This document shows, in pieces, positions 35,820-48,945 of a DNA stretch of 64,000 bases (the first letter of the stretch is position 1; each line of letters opens with the position of its first letter). The notes under the pieces were generated by a model. The model saw nothing but the letters and a program-made list of their open reading frames with translations, was not told the origin of the DNA and searched no databases. The DNA comes from Phoronis australis (Eukaryota > Animalia > Phoronida), in the NCBI GenBank assembly GCA_002633005.1, contig NMRA01000496.1, forward strand, positions 129,049 through 193,048, in the 5' to 3' direction. The position numbers and the translations under genes are program-made.

Positions 35820-36760
35820 AAAAGAACAGACAATCGCCACACAAATGAAAAAGTTCCTATGAATTCGACCTTTTGTCTATTCATTAGACATCATCAGAAT
35901 ACAAACAATCAGACAACAACAATGACATGAAATAGTAAACAGGTCATCTCCATAGCTGTGGGTCACTCAGCTCTGCATGTAATTCAGAGAACCAGCATCC
36001 TGGTCAAGCATGGCCAGTGCCTCTAAAGTAAAGTAATTCTTTACAAGTTCTATTGTCTGGAAGGTTACTGGCTTCTGGTCGGTTGGGACTCAGCTGATGT
36101 GTAGACCACTATCTTGTGGAACTGCGTCGAGTTTGTAGATCTGTATTGCTTCTCCAATTCTTCTGCTGTACCAGTGTTGTGTTCTGTGAAGGAGTTCGGT
36201 GTTTTCCCAGTCGATGTGATGATCTTCTTGTCGTGCGTGTTTGGCTATTGCTGATTAATCCCATTGACCGAGTTTAAAGCAGGCTCTGTGTTTTTTGAGG
36301 CTAATGTTAATGGAGCGTCTTATTTCGCCAATGTAGACCGCACATTCAGGGAATACGGTAAACACCTGGATTCGAATGACCGTCTTTCTTATCTTTGCTT
36401 GTCTATAGAAGTGAAGGAAGTTGTCGAGCTGTGTCGAACTTGGAAGTTTGCTCTCTAAACGGTGCGCAAAATCTGGAACGAGGCTGGTCCAATGAAGGGT
36501 GTGCAGGTTGTGGCTGATGGTGGTTCTGTTGGGTGGAAGTTGGGTGGAGTTGTCTTAACCTTGTGTGCTGGGTAACCATTTTGTTGGAGTGAGTTCATCC
36601 TGAAGGTGTTAGTGGTCGCTGACGGTGCAAGTGTTGGCCATTGCCTGGGTAACTGATGGCTGGTGGAACGATCTGTAATGTAGGTATCTGTCAGTGTGTT
36701 GGTTCCCTATACATGTAGACTTGGCGTTGGTGAATAGGGCCGTTTTCGGGTCTGGTGATG
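35820..36760 (-). mobile_element. Penelope-like retroelement remnant (RT C-terminus plus GIY-YIG endonuclease)
   Basis: HTDRYLHYRSFH; GVYRIP..VYIGEIRRSINISLKKH...SAIAKHARQEDHHIDWENTELL...RRIGEAIQI with stops and frameshifts; second hammerhead-like motif at 35863-35900. Confidence 0.88.
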
Positions 36761-36769
36761 ACAATTTGT

Positions 36770-38310
36770 TGGATGGGAGAATTAAAATGTTAGGTTATAT
36801 TACAGCAGCAGAATATTGATTCAGGTAATAAGGAGTTTAATGTGTCTGGTTGGTTTATATTGGATGGGTATTCTGAAGAAGTTATTAGTGTAAAATAGTT
36901 GGGAAGGCAATTATTGAGGAATTTGTAGTAAAATTTTGCAGCTGAGATTTTAACGATGTCTTAAAATAGAGGGAGGTGAAGTTCCTTACATGAGGGCAGA
37001 GTGTGTGCATTATAACTGAAATTTGATATATTACAAAGGATTCTCTTCTGTGGGCTCTCTGGAGTTTCTTAGTGTTGCCAAAACCCCAAATTGTATTGCC
37101 GTAGTTTTAATGTTCGAGTGAATTATATATTAACTTGAAAGCTGGGAAAGGAAGATAGGATTTTAATTTATATATGTGTCCACCGAGATTGTTTATATGG
37201 GAGGTTTTTGTCAACGGTAGTGGAAGATCATTAATTTACGTTTCATGTATTAATTGAAAGTTTGTTCACGGAAAACCAGACTGAAATAGATTTAAGGTTG
37301 TGGTTGGTGGTGGCTGGTTATTGTAACGAGTGTTGGGAAGATTCAGTCAGTGTGTAAGGTGTGACGAGACAAGTGTCGTCAGCATAAAGACGTGTGTCCA
37401 AGGGAGAAGAATACTTGAGAAGAAAAGTGGGCAAAGAACAGAGCCTTGGGGAACTCCGGTAGGTATTGGGTGCGGTTTGAGAGATAACTTTTATTAAACA
37501 GTGTATATTCAACTCCAGTAATACCGTAGTGATCCATCTTTTGAAAGAGTATTTGGTGGTCTATTGTGTCGAAAGCTTTAGAAATATCGAGAAAGATGAC
37601 CAGGGGATTCATATCGTTATCAAGATAGGAACAAATGCGATCTAAAAGTTCAAGCAAAACAAGTTCTGTAGAATATTATTTTCATTTAGGAAAGTTAAAA
37701 GTTGCGCATGGAATAATTTTTTCGATAATTTTTAAAATTGTGGGGAGAATAGAAATTGGTCTTTAATTGCCAAGGTGCTCTGGTCCAAACCACTTTAGCA
37801 ATCTTGAGAACATGTGGAAAAATACCGGTATGCAAAAACTGATTGATGATGGTCGTGAGAGGTTCAACAATAAAAGGACTGATAGTTTAATATGATCAGT
37901 TGTTACGGACAGTGCTACATGTATTTTTGTGTCCATATCTCTTATATCTTGCACGTATTTATTATTTACGTGTTTGAAGGAAAAATTAAATTGTTTGGCT
38001 TTGGGGAGATAGTCTGAAATTTTTGTTGTTTGTCATAGTTATTCATTCAGAAAGAGATGGGCTGATTTGGGTAAATTACTGGTTGAATAAACTTGCCAAT
38101 TTCGGGTAGGTTACTGGTTTTAGTGATATGTGACCGTAACAGACATTCTAGGCTGCCAATTTTTGTGGGTACGCCGCTGTTCATAACTGTCTTTATTGTG
38201 TTCCATGTTGTATTCATGTCAGACTTCACTATTTCAAATGTATTATGATAGTGAAAGTGCTTGACAGAATCATTACTTGTTCTTTTTTGAGAATCTTGTT
38301 GTATACTAAT
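36770..38310 (-). mobile_element. Degenerate CR1/L2-type LINE reverse transcriptase
   Basis: IFLDISKAFDTIDHQILFQKMDHYGITG...SYLSNRTQY, GVPQGS, YADDT; upstream DMNTTWNTIKTVM. Confidence 0.88.
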
Positions 38311-38666
38311 GTTGCTGTTTCGCAAGTCATTATGAATTGAAGTCCGTCCGACCACCAAGTTAGAACACCAGCTATTGGAGTTGCAGTCCAGCCAGCTGGT
38401 TTTGAAGTCCGGGCAGGAGATTTGGAAGTCCGACCAATCGTTGATTCCCATAGCATTAGGTCATACGATTGCAATGGAATATGGCCGTCTTGGATTACAC
38501 AGCTACACTTGAACCTCACTGTACTATGATTTACCCACATTGCCGTAAATATCCGTCAAGCACATTTGCTGCCTCATTTTTGTACCACTGGAGTTTCAAA
38601 TGTTATTTGTTATTTTCTGTTTCTATACAAGTTTTTCTCGGTTGCATTGCTCTACTCGTCCTTCCA

Positions 38667-38790
38667 ATGCCAATGAACTATCACTGCTGTGGTGTCGGCT
38701 GCAACTCCGATGTGAGAGAGTTTGATAAACAGGACAAATACCCGTGGTTGCGTGATCTGAAATTCATTGCCATCTCGACATCAATGAGAG
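38667..38790 (+). pseudogene. Truncated THAP-like N-terminus
   Basis: MPMNYHCCGVGCNSDVR...KYPWLRDLKFI has the C-x4-C start; the W and CxxH parts are missing. Confidence 0.45.
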
Positions 38791-41322
38791 AAACGAAAAT
38801 GTACCTAATTTCCAAAACGAGGTCACGTGTTTTCTTATCTCCGGCTCAAAGGAGAGTTCTATCGCTGTGTAATCCGGGGCAAAAATTAGAGTGTAGTCTA
38901 CTGAAGGTATCGGGACTTTTAGATTCATATGTTCATCAGTATAGCGACTATTGCAAGACACTCGCGTATTTAGGAATGAACGAGTGCATTGCACATGTTC
39001 TCAAAACACATGTTAGGTTGCCATAAGCAAGGAGTGTAGTATAATAGGAGTAGAGTTTTCTTGTGAGTTCGGTGTTATCGCTACTACTAGCGCCGCCAAG
39101 TGGTGAATAAGCAACGGTTAAAGGCCTATGGTCCGAGTTATAGAAGAAAAAACCTCTTAACGCCGTTTAAGCCGGTTTTTTGATGAGACATGGAGTTCAA
39201 AAAGTTATTAACTTTCAACTTGTGCAAAATTTTTGAAAAAAAAATCGTTGTAAATACTACAAACGAATGAAATGTTTACAAAGAATTTAATATCCATGAT
39301 GCTCTAATCGATGTAAACATTACAACAACGCATGCGCAGCCACAGATCTAGAGGTCAACAGAATTTATACAAATGGCGGAGAGAAGTAGGTTATGTAGTG
39401 TACGTCCGAAGGCGAAACGCAGTCGTCCTGCTCTACGAGATTCAGAAAAAGACGTGTTAGCCAGTACAAAAAGCGGCATTACCAACAAACCGTGTACCTG
39501 TAAGCGACTCGTTCGATAGGTGAGAAACAATGAGGACAAGACTGAATGTTCGAACTCGTGAAGGTTTTACATTACAACAATACCAGGCTTTCGATGGACA
39601 AGTAAGTCAGTAAGTGTGCTGTGAAATGTTCAATGACTCGTATACACGGTTAGAGAATTCACTGATGGCTAACTGATCTCAGTCAGCATACATTGGACCC
39701 GAATCATTTTGAAGAGCCTCAATTCGATCAGCTGTTCAGTTTTTGTTCTAATGGCCTACCAGTAGTAGTACTGATTCACGCTGACCCGGACTAGTTACAC
39801 CATGTTAGTGTTTTGACATGTAGTTAAAACTGCTAATGCCCTTTCGTTCTAACGTCGACATGGCGATGTTTTGGGAAGTTGCAGTCAGTATGGAGGGTTA
39901 ACTTCGGTCCTGAATCGAAGTTAACTGTGCCACTTGACTTCACAGTAGACAAGCGGAGCGTCGATGCTGTGGTGACGTGGTGTACGGTAGTATGAATGAT
40001 CAACTTCGGTTACATCGAAGAAGTTATTGTCAGGGATCACTGTTATCATCAGCAATTACAGGGTAGTGTCGTCACTAAAAGCTGCTCATATTTTGCTCAA
40101 ATAGTCACTAATCGAATTAGAAATAGGTTTTTGTGTCCATTAGCACATGTCAATGTTCCCAAATTATCACATTAAGAATTCCTCGTGTACAAGTGTTGCA
40201 TCTGCACTACGTTGCGATTACTTCGATGACAACATCGTCAGCTACAGTTTACGTAGACATCCAAAGCCGGTATAAACGGTTCAATTAACTTCGCAGTTGA
40301 TGTCTACACTCTGCTCAGACCGAAATTAAGTACAAAAGGACTTTTAGATCGATTTCAACTAGCAGAACAATTTAGCTGGTGGTGTTAAGAATTGTGGCGG
40401 GAGAGGGGGGGATGTTTGTAGGATGTGTTAGGGACTTCACCTGGCCATGCCAATAGCTTTATTAGAAACCTCATATCAGTGTTGGTCGTACTGAGTACAG
40501 TGGGAGGGGGGGGGGGGTAAGTCTTGGTCAAGATGGCTATACTTCAGAATGTCTTATTATTTTTGCTTTATTTTTTCCAGTTAAGAGAATACTGACCACC
40601 TACAGGGGCCCCTGTAACCGTAAGTTGATCTTTCTTATTCCATTAAGTTTTAAAAGAAAGAATAGGTGTGCTAAACTTATTCAGTTATTGATGGCCATTT
40701 TTCTCTGTATTTCCATCTTAGACTGTGCAGGTTAGGAGAAAATGGTTACTTGCAATCTGGATGGTCCAGACACATTACTTGAACTCACAACCTCAAAAAA
40801 TTAGCCAGTCAAATCACGTGATTGGAGTGCAAATCTTGTTTGCTCATGTCATGCAATTGCTCAGAGATTAGGCTATGGTCATTAACGTAACATCAATTAT
40901 AAGTCTCTTAAGTCGCTGTCAGTTTAGAATAATGCTGTCTCAGCTACAAATTTTGCCTTCTGGTAATTAAATCTAAGTTATTTTAAGCATAAAGGTGTGA
41001 CAAATTGACTGAAAGTACATTCTTAAATCGTGTGATTGCTCCTAGTAAAATGAGTCAAATTGTATTTAAACCCTCCTTCATCATCTGTACTTTCAGAATG
41101 AGTGGTTTAGACAACGCCCTCTACAAACTTCTTTGCAAGAGTCCCAGACTGGTCATCACCTGAAGAAACCTTGAGGTATTGTTTCATTCATTTCCTTAAT
41201 ATCTCATGGAGTGACATTTCACATTTCATTCAACTCACAACTCACAATCCTAACCAAAGATATCACTGTTTCGTTTACAGTATTTAAACATGCCTTGTTT
41301 AAAGCATGTTCAATTTCTATTC

Positions 41323-41800
41323 AGGGATTCACCCAGGATTTCTAAAATAGGGTGTCCAAAATGGGGTTCCCATTATTTCGGAGTGTCCGTGATTCCGACG
41401 ACGCATTACCCTTACCACCGTGCAGTGCACCAGCAACCCCCCACACAGTGATTTTTTACAAAAAATCTTAACTCAAAGCATTTACATCTGCGTTTTCAAA
41501 ATAACCCCCTGTAGCGAGCTTTTTTACTAAAAAAACTGCTTGGACCTTGACTTTTACACCTAAACTTATGAATACAGCCAAGCAGCTTACCAGAGAAATA
41601 TTAGAGATATTTTTGAAGGATGAATACACTTCGCAGATGATGGTGTCACTGCTGTTCCATATTAAAACATGAAAATGCACATTGAAATACACGAAACAGT
41701 GTTTCATTTGAGTTATTTATATTAGGTTTGTGTAAACCCTACTTTAGTGTGAAGTTTTTATTCTAATGTATCAGTGCTTTGGAGGATGTCCAATTGAGCA
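41323..41800 (-). mobile_element. Truncated copy of the hAT MITE family at 57536-58296
   Basis: cagggattcacccaggatttctaaaatagggtgtccaaaatggggttccc matches the reverse complement of the 58296 end; right boundary approximate. Confidence 0.65.
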
Positions 41801-44311
41801 AAGAACATTTGTAATGTAACTAATTTGCATGTGAAAATTTTCAACTCGCTTACAACTGCAGTATAAATGCAAGCTAACTCCAGCTGCTGGTTGAAATTCT
41901 GTGCATCATGTTTGGTGTGGGGAGCAATTACGATTTCTAAAAATCTTATTTTGAAAATTTGCCCTATTACGATTCCATCTGTCGATTCAATGTCACTGTT
42001 TCAGATTCACATATACACGTCTGAGTTTTCAGTGTAGAGGCCTCAGAATAAGTTTTAAACTGAATGTCTTCTTACAAATGCCACTATTGTCATCTTGCAG
42101 GGATTCAGAGCTGTTGTTCACCCTTGTCCTTATCTTCTTTGTCACCTGCATCCTCACAATCTGGATCAAAGGTTTGTGTCTGCTCTTGTAAAGACTCTAT
42201 GCTCTATTGGAATTTAAAGTAGATATAGGCATGCCTTATGTCACGAAAACCAACTGTTTATTTAGACCATGTACCATTAGTATGATATTGATCTCGAATT
42301 GTTCCTTGATAAAAATAGGTGTGAATTTTGGGCTTGAAAATCTCCAGCAATTTGTTACTACTTGAGAGTTTCTTTAGGTTGACGTGTCACAGCATGCCAT
42401 TTCATTCACCTTACATGGTCACAACCATAATGAACTGACAGTACTTTGCAAGACCAAAACTTATTTCTCGTCTGAATGAGGAAAGTGGTTAAAATCAAAA
42501 GTTAAGTTGCGCGGATAACAGGGTTTATAGCCGCAGAAATTTTTCTGTGAAATGCAACTGCTTGTTAAAGACGATAATAGTATGACCTGCTGCTGAGTAG
42601 CACTTGGGACATAACCATGTTGCCATGAGTTCAATTTCTTGTCTTAGAACTCTAGGATCCACTTAAACCATAAAGTGTTTTGCAATGGCCATCAAAAGTT
42701 ATCATGATGCGATGAAGATTTATACAAAGAGCCAAATGGCAATACGTGCATTAGTTCTTGCACCATCTTTCTAACTTGCAACCTCTCACACTTGTTGATA
42801 CTAGCATTCAGTTGGTGGTATAGATACAGTTATCATTACTTGTACCCAATGGTGGTTTTCTTTGCACTGTATCTTTGGTTTTAGTGTTTCAGTGCTCAAT
42901 TATATTGTAACTTTTCACAATATTTTACACTTACAGGCTACATAGGTACTTCAGTGAGAAATCCAAGAGTAAAGCTGTCAAGGATTAAGAAAGGTCTATA
43001 CTCCAGTGCCACCGGTGTCCATAATTAGCAGATGCTTGAGAGAAAAACAAGGCGTGCACAAACTTGACACATGGCTTCCAGGGGCCACCCAGTGCATTGC
43101 CTTGCCGATCAATGGTTTTGCACTGACAACAAATGCTATTTGATCTATCAGAAGAACTATCACTGCTTCAGTGAACATTTGACAATAATTTTAAAGTTAC
43201 CTTTGCATATTAGCTTGACGTGGATATAGACTGTTGTCAATACAAAAGGACACGGCTATATTTTTGATCTTACTCATTTACCGTGCAGCATATAAGTCTG
43301 ACATTTTGCTTTTTATATATGTAAACCAACAATCCTTGACCACTGTTTGCCTACATTTGACTCCAAAACTGTGATGCAGTACCTGCTTTTTAATTGAAGT
43401 GAGTGTTGAGTCTATCAACCATCATCATCTGCTTTTATTGATCCACGTGGTTGTGCGAATTGACTACGTAATTAAAATAAATGTGTCCATGACTTCAAAC
43501 ATATTTCGATTAATTACATGTCATGCAGCAACACCTGTTTGCATTTACATTTCTGTTGTGTTGAGAATTACTGCAGTGAAATGCATTTGATGTTATACAG
43601 GTTAAACTTCGGCAGTGAAAATCCATTTTGTTCGTTAATGTGATTATGTCATTGCTGTTAAAGCTGCTATAAACCTGCCTTCCTTCAATTAAACCAACTC
43701 TTGATTTTGACTATTTATTGTCTTGGCCCATTCCTTACTCAAAGTACAAGTGATTCCTGGAATTAGAAAGAATTGACAGTTCGTTATAGCTCAAACCTCA
43801 GTAAAAGTTACTTTATTGTTGATGGAATGTTTGTTTGTAGCAACTTTACCAGTTCTGTTTCGTTACATTTGAGTCTTCATCCAATTTCAGTATGAAACTA
43901 AGAAATGGTATTGGGCATAAATTTTGTCTATAAGTACCACAAAGAAATCACATTTATCTGAGTACTAAGTAGTAGACAAGACAAATATGCATTATACACA
44001 TAAAATATGGTGCCTGAGTAAATAACATAATTTGTTTGACTGCAAGCAAAGTAAATAAAGCAGTACGATTTGTGACATAACCCTTGCATTGCGAAAATAT
44101 ATTGGGGTAGGCGCCTTTTGTTGTAGTTGGTACCTTTGTCGAAAGCCACCACATCATTACAGTAGACTCTTGCCAGTTCCTCATTTATGACGAAGAAACC
44201 AAAAGTCCTGAATCAAAAATAAAAATAAAATTTTCTTCACAGCCACGTATAAGAGAAAAAAAATTCTTCGTTAACTAGTGTACTTCAAAAGCTGAATACC
44301 TTATAGAATGT

Positions 44312-44488
44312 AAACAGTTTATCCCGTCAGCACGCCATCTTTTTGGTCACATCAAGTGACCTAATGAATGTATGTCCGAAAAGATTTCTGCCCTAGACAG
44401 GGACGGGGGCAGAAATCTTTTTGGAATGATATTCATTAGGTCACGTGATGTGACCAAAAACATGGCGTGTTGACGGGACAAGCTGTTT
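44312..44488. repeat. 177-bp near-perfect palindrome (foldback MITE)
   Basis: About 80-bp arms aaacagtttatcccgtcagcacgccat...gatttctgccc / gggcagaaatc...atggcgtgttgacgggacaagctgttt with a short loop. Confidence 0.9.
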
Positions 44489-46441
44489 GCGACATATGCC
44501 TTATTGAAAAAGATGGTTATGGCTATTTTGGTATTTATACTTAAATTTCAAATAAACAATAAACAAAACCCAAATAAGGAATGTGTTTTATTGTGTTTTG
44601 TTTAGTTTGACTAAAACCGGACCTTATCATGAACCTGCCAATAATCCATAGATAGTCTTTAATGAATATTCCTGTCACAGGCGTACTGTCAGGGCCATGA
44701 TAATGTTTTCACTTCACAATTGCCAAGTAAAGGTTTAGTCCAGTTATCATTAATACCTAATAGCTTGGAAATAATTTGTTCACGTTTTCTCAATAAGTAA
44801 CAATTATGAGCATATTTTCAGGTAATTTATTTATTTGTTAAATTGGGTTTTGGGTATTTGTCTGAAATATTTTTGTTGAGTGCCAGACCAAATCTCTGTA
44901 GCCAGAGCTTTGGAAGGAAAATGGTAAAAGGTTATTACAAGTGTCATGTCAGCAGTGTTTTCTTTCACAGAGTCACACGTGTGCATAATGAGGGTGCTTA
45001 ACTGGATTTCCAAAACTGTCTTTATAAGAAATACTCAGAGGCATAAGCAAAATGCAGGTGACAGGTTGCTTCTTTTAGATCTTTTCAGTTTAGTGGACAC
45101 TCCTCAGCATATGCCGCAGGTACACCCTGATGATAATCACAGCTGGTGATACCCACCACCCCAGTGAGTATGGACACAGCAAGTTGAATACAATGCCCTC
45201 TTCCTCAGACATACTTATGTGAGGCTGAAAAAAAATCAAACCACATTAATTTTGAGTTGTAGTTTAAACATGACCTCAACATAAAGGGGAATGTTGTTTT
45301 CATAGCTGCAAACTGGTTGTTGTTCTTCAAAAAGCCAGTAGTCCGTTATTAATGAAGTTTTATGACAGTGTAATTTTCAGCATTTTATGTGGCATATTTT
45401 AGTGATACATAGCAAATGTATTTTATTACAGGTTTTCAGTTTTGTTACCTATAAAGCTTGCGTGATTACTGATGAAAGAAAATAATAAGAATGACTTGAT
45501 AACACAATAGTTATGTAGAATCGGTTCTATTGCGATAAGAAACGAGAGTTCCAGGCATACCTGCATGTGAAGAGACCGAACATCAATTGCCACCTAAGCC
45601 TATTCCTCTGCACACGGCTCAGTACTCCAATCATGTTGTCTCTGTAGCTTGAGTATTGTTATTGTTGGTGAAGTGGTGATACACATTACGATGAACCTTT
45701 AAAAACATGGTAATCACATAAAATGCCAATCTGAGCAGTACATAGATAACATTGATCAATACATTCCATAGGATACACATTTTCGCAAAAGTGTGAGTGT
45801 ACCTGAAATTGAAGCTTCAGTGTTCTACCTGTTTCCAGACTAATTAAGTTTAGTTCCTGTGTTAACTTGCCAATACCGATGCTAGACGTCTCTAACAGAT
45901 GACATTCAAGGAGGATAGATGATTTTCGAAGCACCTCTTAGACCATCTGCCATGTAAACTGTTGTGTTTTTGATAAAGTGAGTCTGCAAGGGCCTAGTCG
46001 CACACTCAAAGTCCAAGCAAGAGTACATTAGTTAAAAGCAAGCACTGTCATTAACCTTCCCCTGTCCCTAGCCCTTTATTTACCCAATCGAGACCATACC
46101 ACTGATAATACAAGATATAACCTGCTCGACCTTTATTAATGCTCCTACTGATCTGCCTTTGGCTTATACCCTTTTGCCTTTGAGGAGGTCCCATACATAG
46201 TATATTGTCCTGTAATGATGTGACCACTCCCAGTGTCCTGCAATTTGAGAACCAGATTTCTTCACTGAATAACAGGCATCAAATTTGTTGCATCCCATTC
46301 CGAATCATGGTTTTGTATGATCTCACTTTTCTCGCAACAAGTTTCAGCCTACCGGCACTTCCCAAGTTTGCTTGCATGCAATCCGAGGCTTCATCGCTGA
46401 TCCAGTGGTTTGTGTTCAAGTGGACTAGCTAGGTGACTAGT

Positions 46442-46842
46442 CAGTGGTGGATTTAGAGGGGGGGGGCTATGGCCTCCCTAAAATTCTCCAAGCTCCCATT
46501 TGGCAGTTCGGGGGTGCAAATGTTTGGCGAACTAAATCCTGGCTAATACTCTGCCCAGTTCCCCCAACTCAAAATCCTGGATCTGCCCCAGGGGCGGATT
46601 CAGGATTTTGAGTTAGGGGGGCCAGTGCACAGGAATAATCAGAATTTTGCAACATGCGTGCGCCCAGTCTGATGTAGGTATGCGGCGGTGTCAAATTTTG
46701 GGGTTTGTGGATCTTATTACTAAAAAAACATAAACGGTAAACGGGGTTTGTTCAAGGGGCATGTGCTAGTCAGCAATTCGTACCCCGAACTGCCAAATGG
46801 TCCCCTTGGCCCCCACCCCTTAAATCCTCCAATGTGCCCCTG
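46442..46842. mobile_element. CAG-terminated MITE (TSD CTAGT) with a same-family MITE (46589-46834, TSD TGCCC) inserted in its TIR
   Basis: Both 5-bp duplications are directly visible; removing the inner copy restores GGATCTGCCCCTG. Confidence 0.85.
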
Positions 46843-48945
46843 CTAGTACAATATACAAGTAGAGTATAGAGTTCCTGGTGATAGACAATGCTTTTCTTAT
46901 GGCAATGAAAAACCACGAATAGTTTTGCAATTCAAGTCCAAAGTCTGAAAACTGCCAGCAGGTAGAAATTCAACTCACGACCATCGAGTGACAAACAGGG
47001 TCTATCCAACCACAATAACATTACACTCTTTTTCAGTCAGCATTGACAGGCCTAGGGCTAGGGCTAGCCTTGGTACAAATCTGTATACTAAATATACTAC
47101 CCTGGCTGTGTGAATTTCGGGCTCTATTGAAGAAAAACACACAGTGGTACATAGCTGTATTTTTATACCGCTAGCTGGCTGGCTAGGGTACCACTGCAGA
47201 CTCGACTCGAGCACAACGATTACTATCGAATTCAGTACGTAATTTTCCCACAGTTAATGGTTTCAACTAATTCTAAGCGTAATAGTTAGACTGTTCAGCT
47301 CAGGGAGCAATATCGTCATCAAAATGTTCAAGAAACGAATAAATTACCTGGTTAACGCGAACTTCTCTTCTTCGAAGCAACACCGGAAACAGCTGACTAT
47401 TTGTCTCGAGTTGCCAAAAGGTCAAACCGCACAGCATTATGGGCAACATTCGTTTGTTTTGATCACGCAGATTTTAAGAAAATAAAAATTAAAAGAAAAA
47501 AATATGTACAGGCAGCAGATCGACCCCATACTTACGAAAAGTTCTAATTAAGTGTCAGAGAGTATGTTTTAATGGTTTTTATGCAGATTCACGATGTTTT
47601 TAAAACGTCTAAAAACGGATCATATGACTTTAAGTAGGAAGCGCGAGAACAATAGGGAAAGGCGCATTTTTCAGTGCAATAAATTGCACTAATTCATCCA
47701 CGAAAACCCCAGACGTATCATTTTTCGTTTTCTAAAGATCCAGAAATGTAAGGATTATTTGGTATTCAATAATACGATGCATTGTCTTTCATTTTGTGTG
47801 TTCTGTTCACGGTTGGAAGACAAGTCGATCGCGGACCCGGTGCCACTGTCGTCTGCAGTGTAGGCTAATGCACAGGCTACGCTCTGTCTTCTGCAGATAC
47901 TTTGTTGTCAATGTACGTTTACTAAAATTATATGTGAGCTAGGGAGCACCAGAATGGAATACAGTGTTGTGGTAGTGATGAATTGTCTTTCTTTCTTCTT
48001 CGTACTTGTGTTACACCTTCTGCACGTAACCAATTGTCTGCACTCAGGTAGCATCCTGGCGTATTCAATAGGTACATGTAGGCTAACACATTCAAAATTG
48101 TTTGCTGAACATGAAACGCGCAGAGACCAGGGAGCACTTTGTAATGAAAAGTTGAAAAACACCCAGGATGGTACTGGGCATGATGGCCACCAGTCATTAC
48201 AGGCAAAAGTCTTTGGGGTCATGCTCAAAATGAGGGCCAAATCTTATCACCACCTCAGCTCATGTTGTCAATGGTCAGGGGAACAACCACAATTTGTACG
48301 ATGGGAGGGGCTCAACACTCATGTTACATACCCCATTGGTTTTTACCTGTTTACCAATCCTCTCACGTACCCCCCTGGGAGGGGTCAACACCCGTTTGGC
48401 GCCCACATGGTTTGCTCTTCTCCCTAGTTTATACCCCTTTGCTGGCACCTGGGGGCAACTCCCCCCTGAGCCCCCAGGAGCAATCACTAGTCCATGGAGG
48501 TATGAAATGTTATGAGGAACGGTAATTTACCTTATTAAGAACTCAAACATGAAACAAAGCCACGATGGCTTTTGAAGGGAGCTTCACGAGAATGAAAGCA
48601 AATACACTTAAAGGCGAAGGCAACCTTTTTCCATGTCATTTTGAGCTAAAATAAGGTTGGTTGGTTATCCTAGACATATTTTCCACTTAATTACAGCTTT
48701 TCGTAATTTTATAGATTACTCGTCCGCTACTCCGGAAGTGACGTTTTAGGAGGCAAGCGTTTCCCGCCACTTGGTTTTGCGTTGACTTTACCGTGCGAAT
48801 CTGTTCTATTCTACTTTTGTTTTGTGCTGTTTTTCAACAATTGTCGCCACCAATTTCCATCGGTGAGTATTCTGCGGCAAGATAGGTTAGTAGAGAACTC
48901 AACTACGTTGGATTTAGGGATTGTTTAGTGTGTTGTAAGCTGAAA

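Larger units (their letters stand above)
39122..47629 (+). mobile_element. Candidate old 8.5-kb Kolobok-type element
   Basis: TTAA on both sides; TIR AGGCCTATGGTCCG vs AGTCATATGATCCG (11/14); host-like sequence resumes after it; 47067-47210 resembles 11675-11780 of the intronic Kolobok. Confidence 0.5.

Noticed and set aside
39600-43000. snoRNA host gene interpretation of the non-coding exon chain
   Set aside because: No convincing C/D (RTGATGA...CTGA with terminal stem) or H/ACA motifs seen in the introns.
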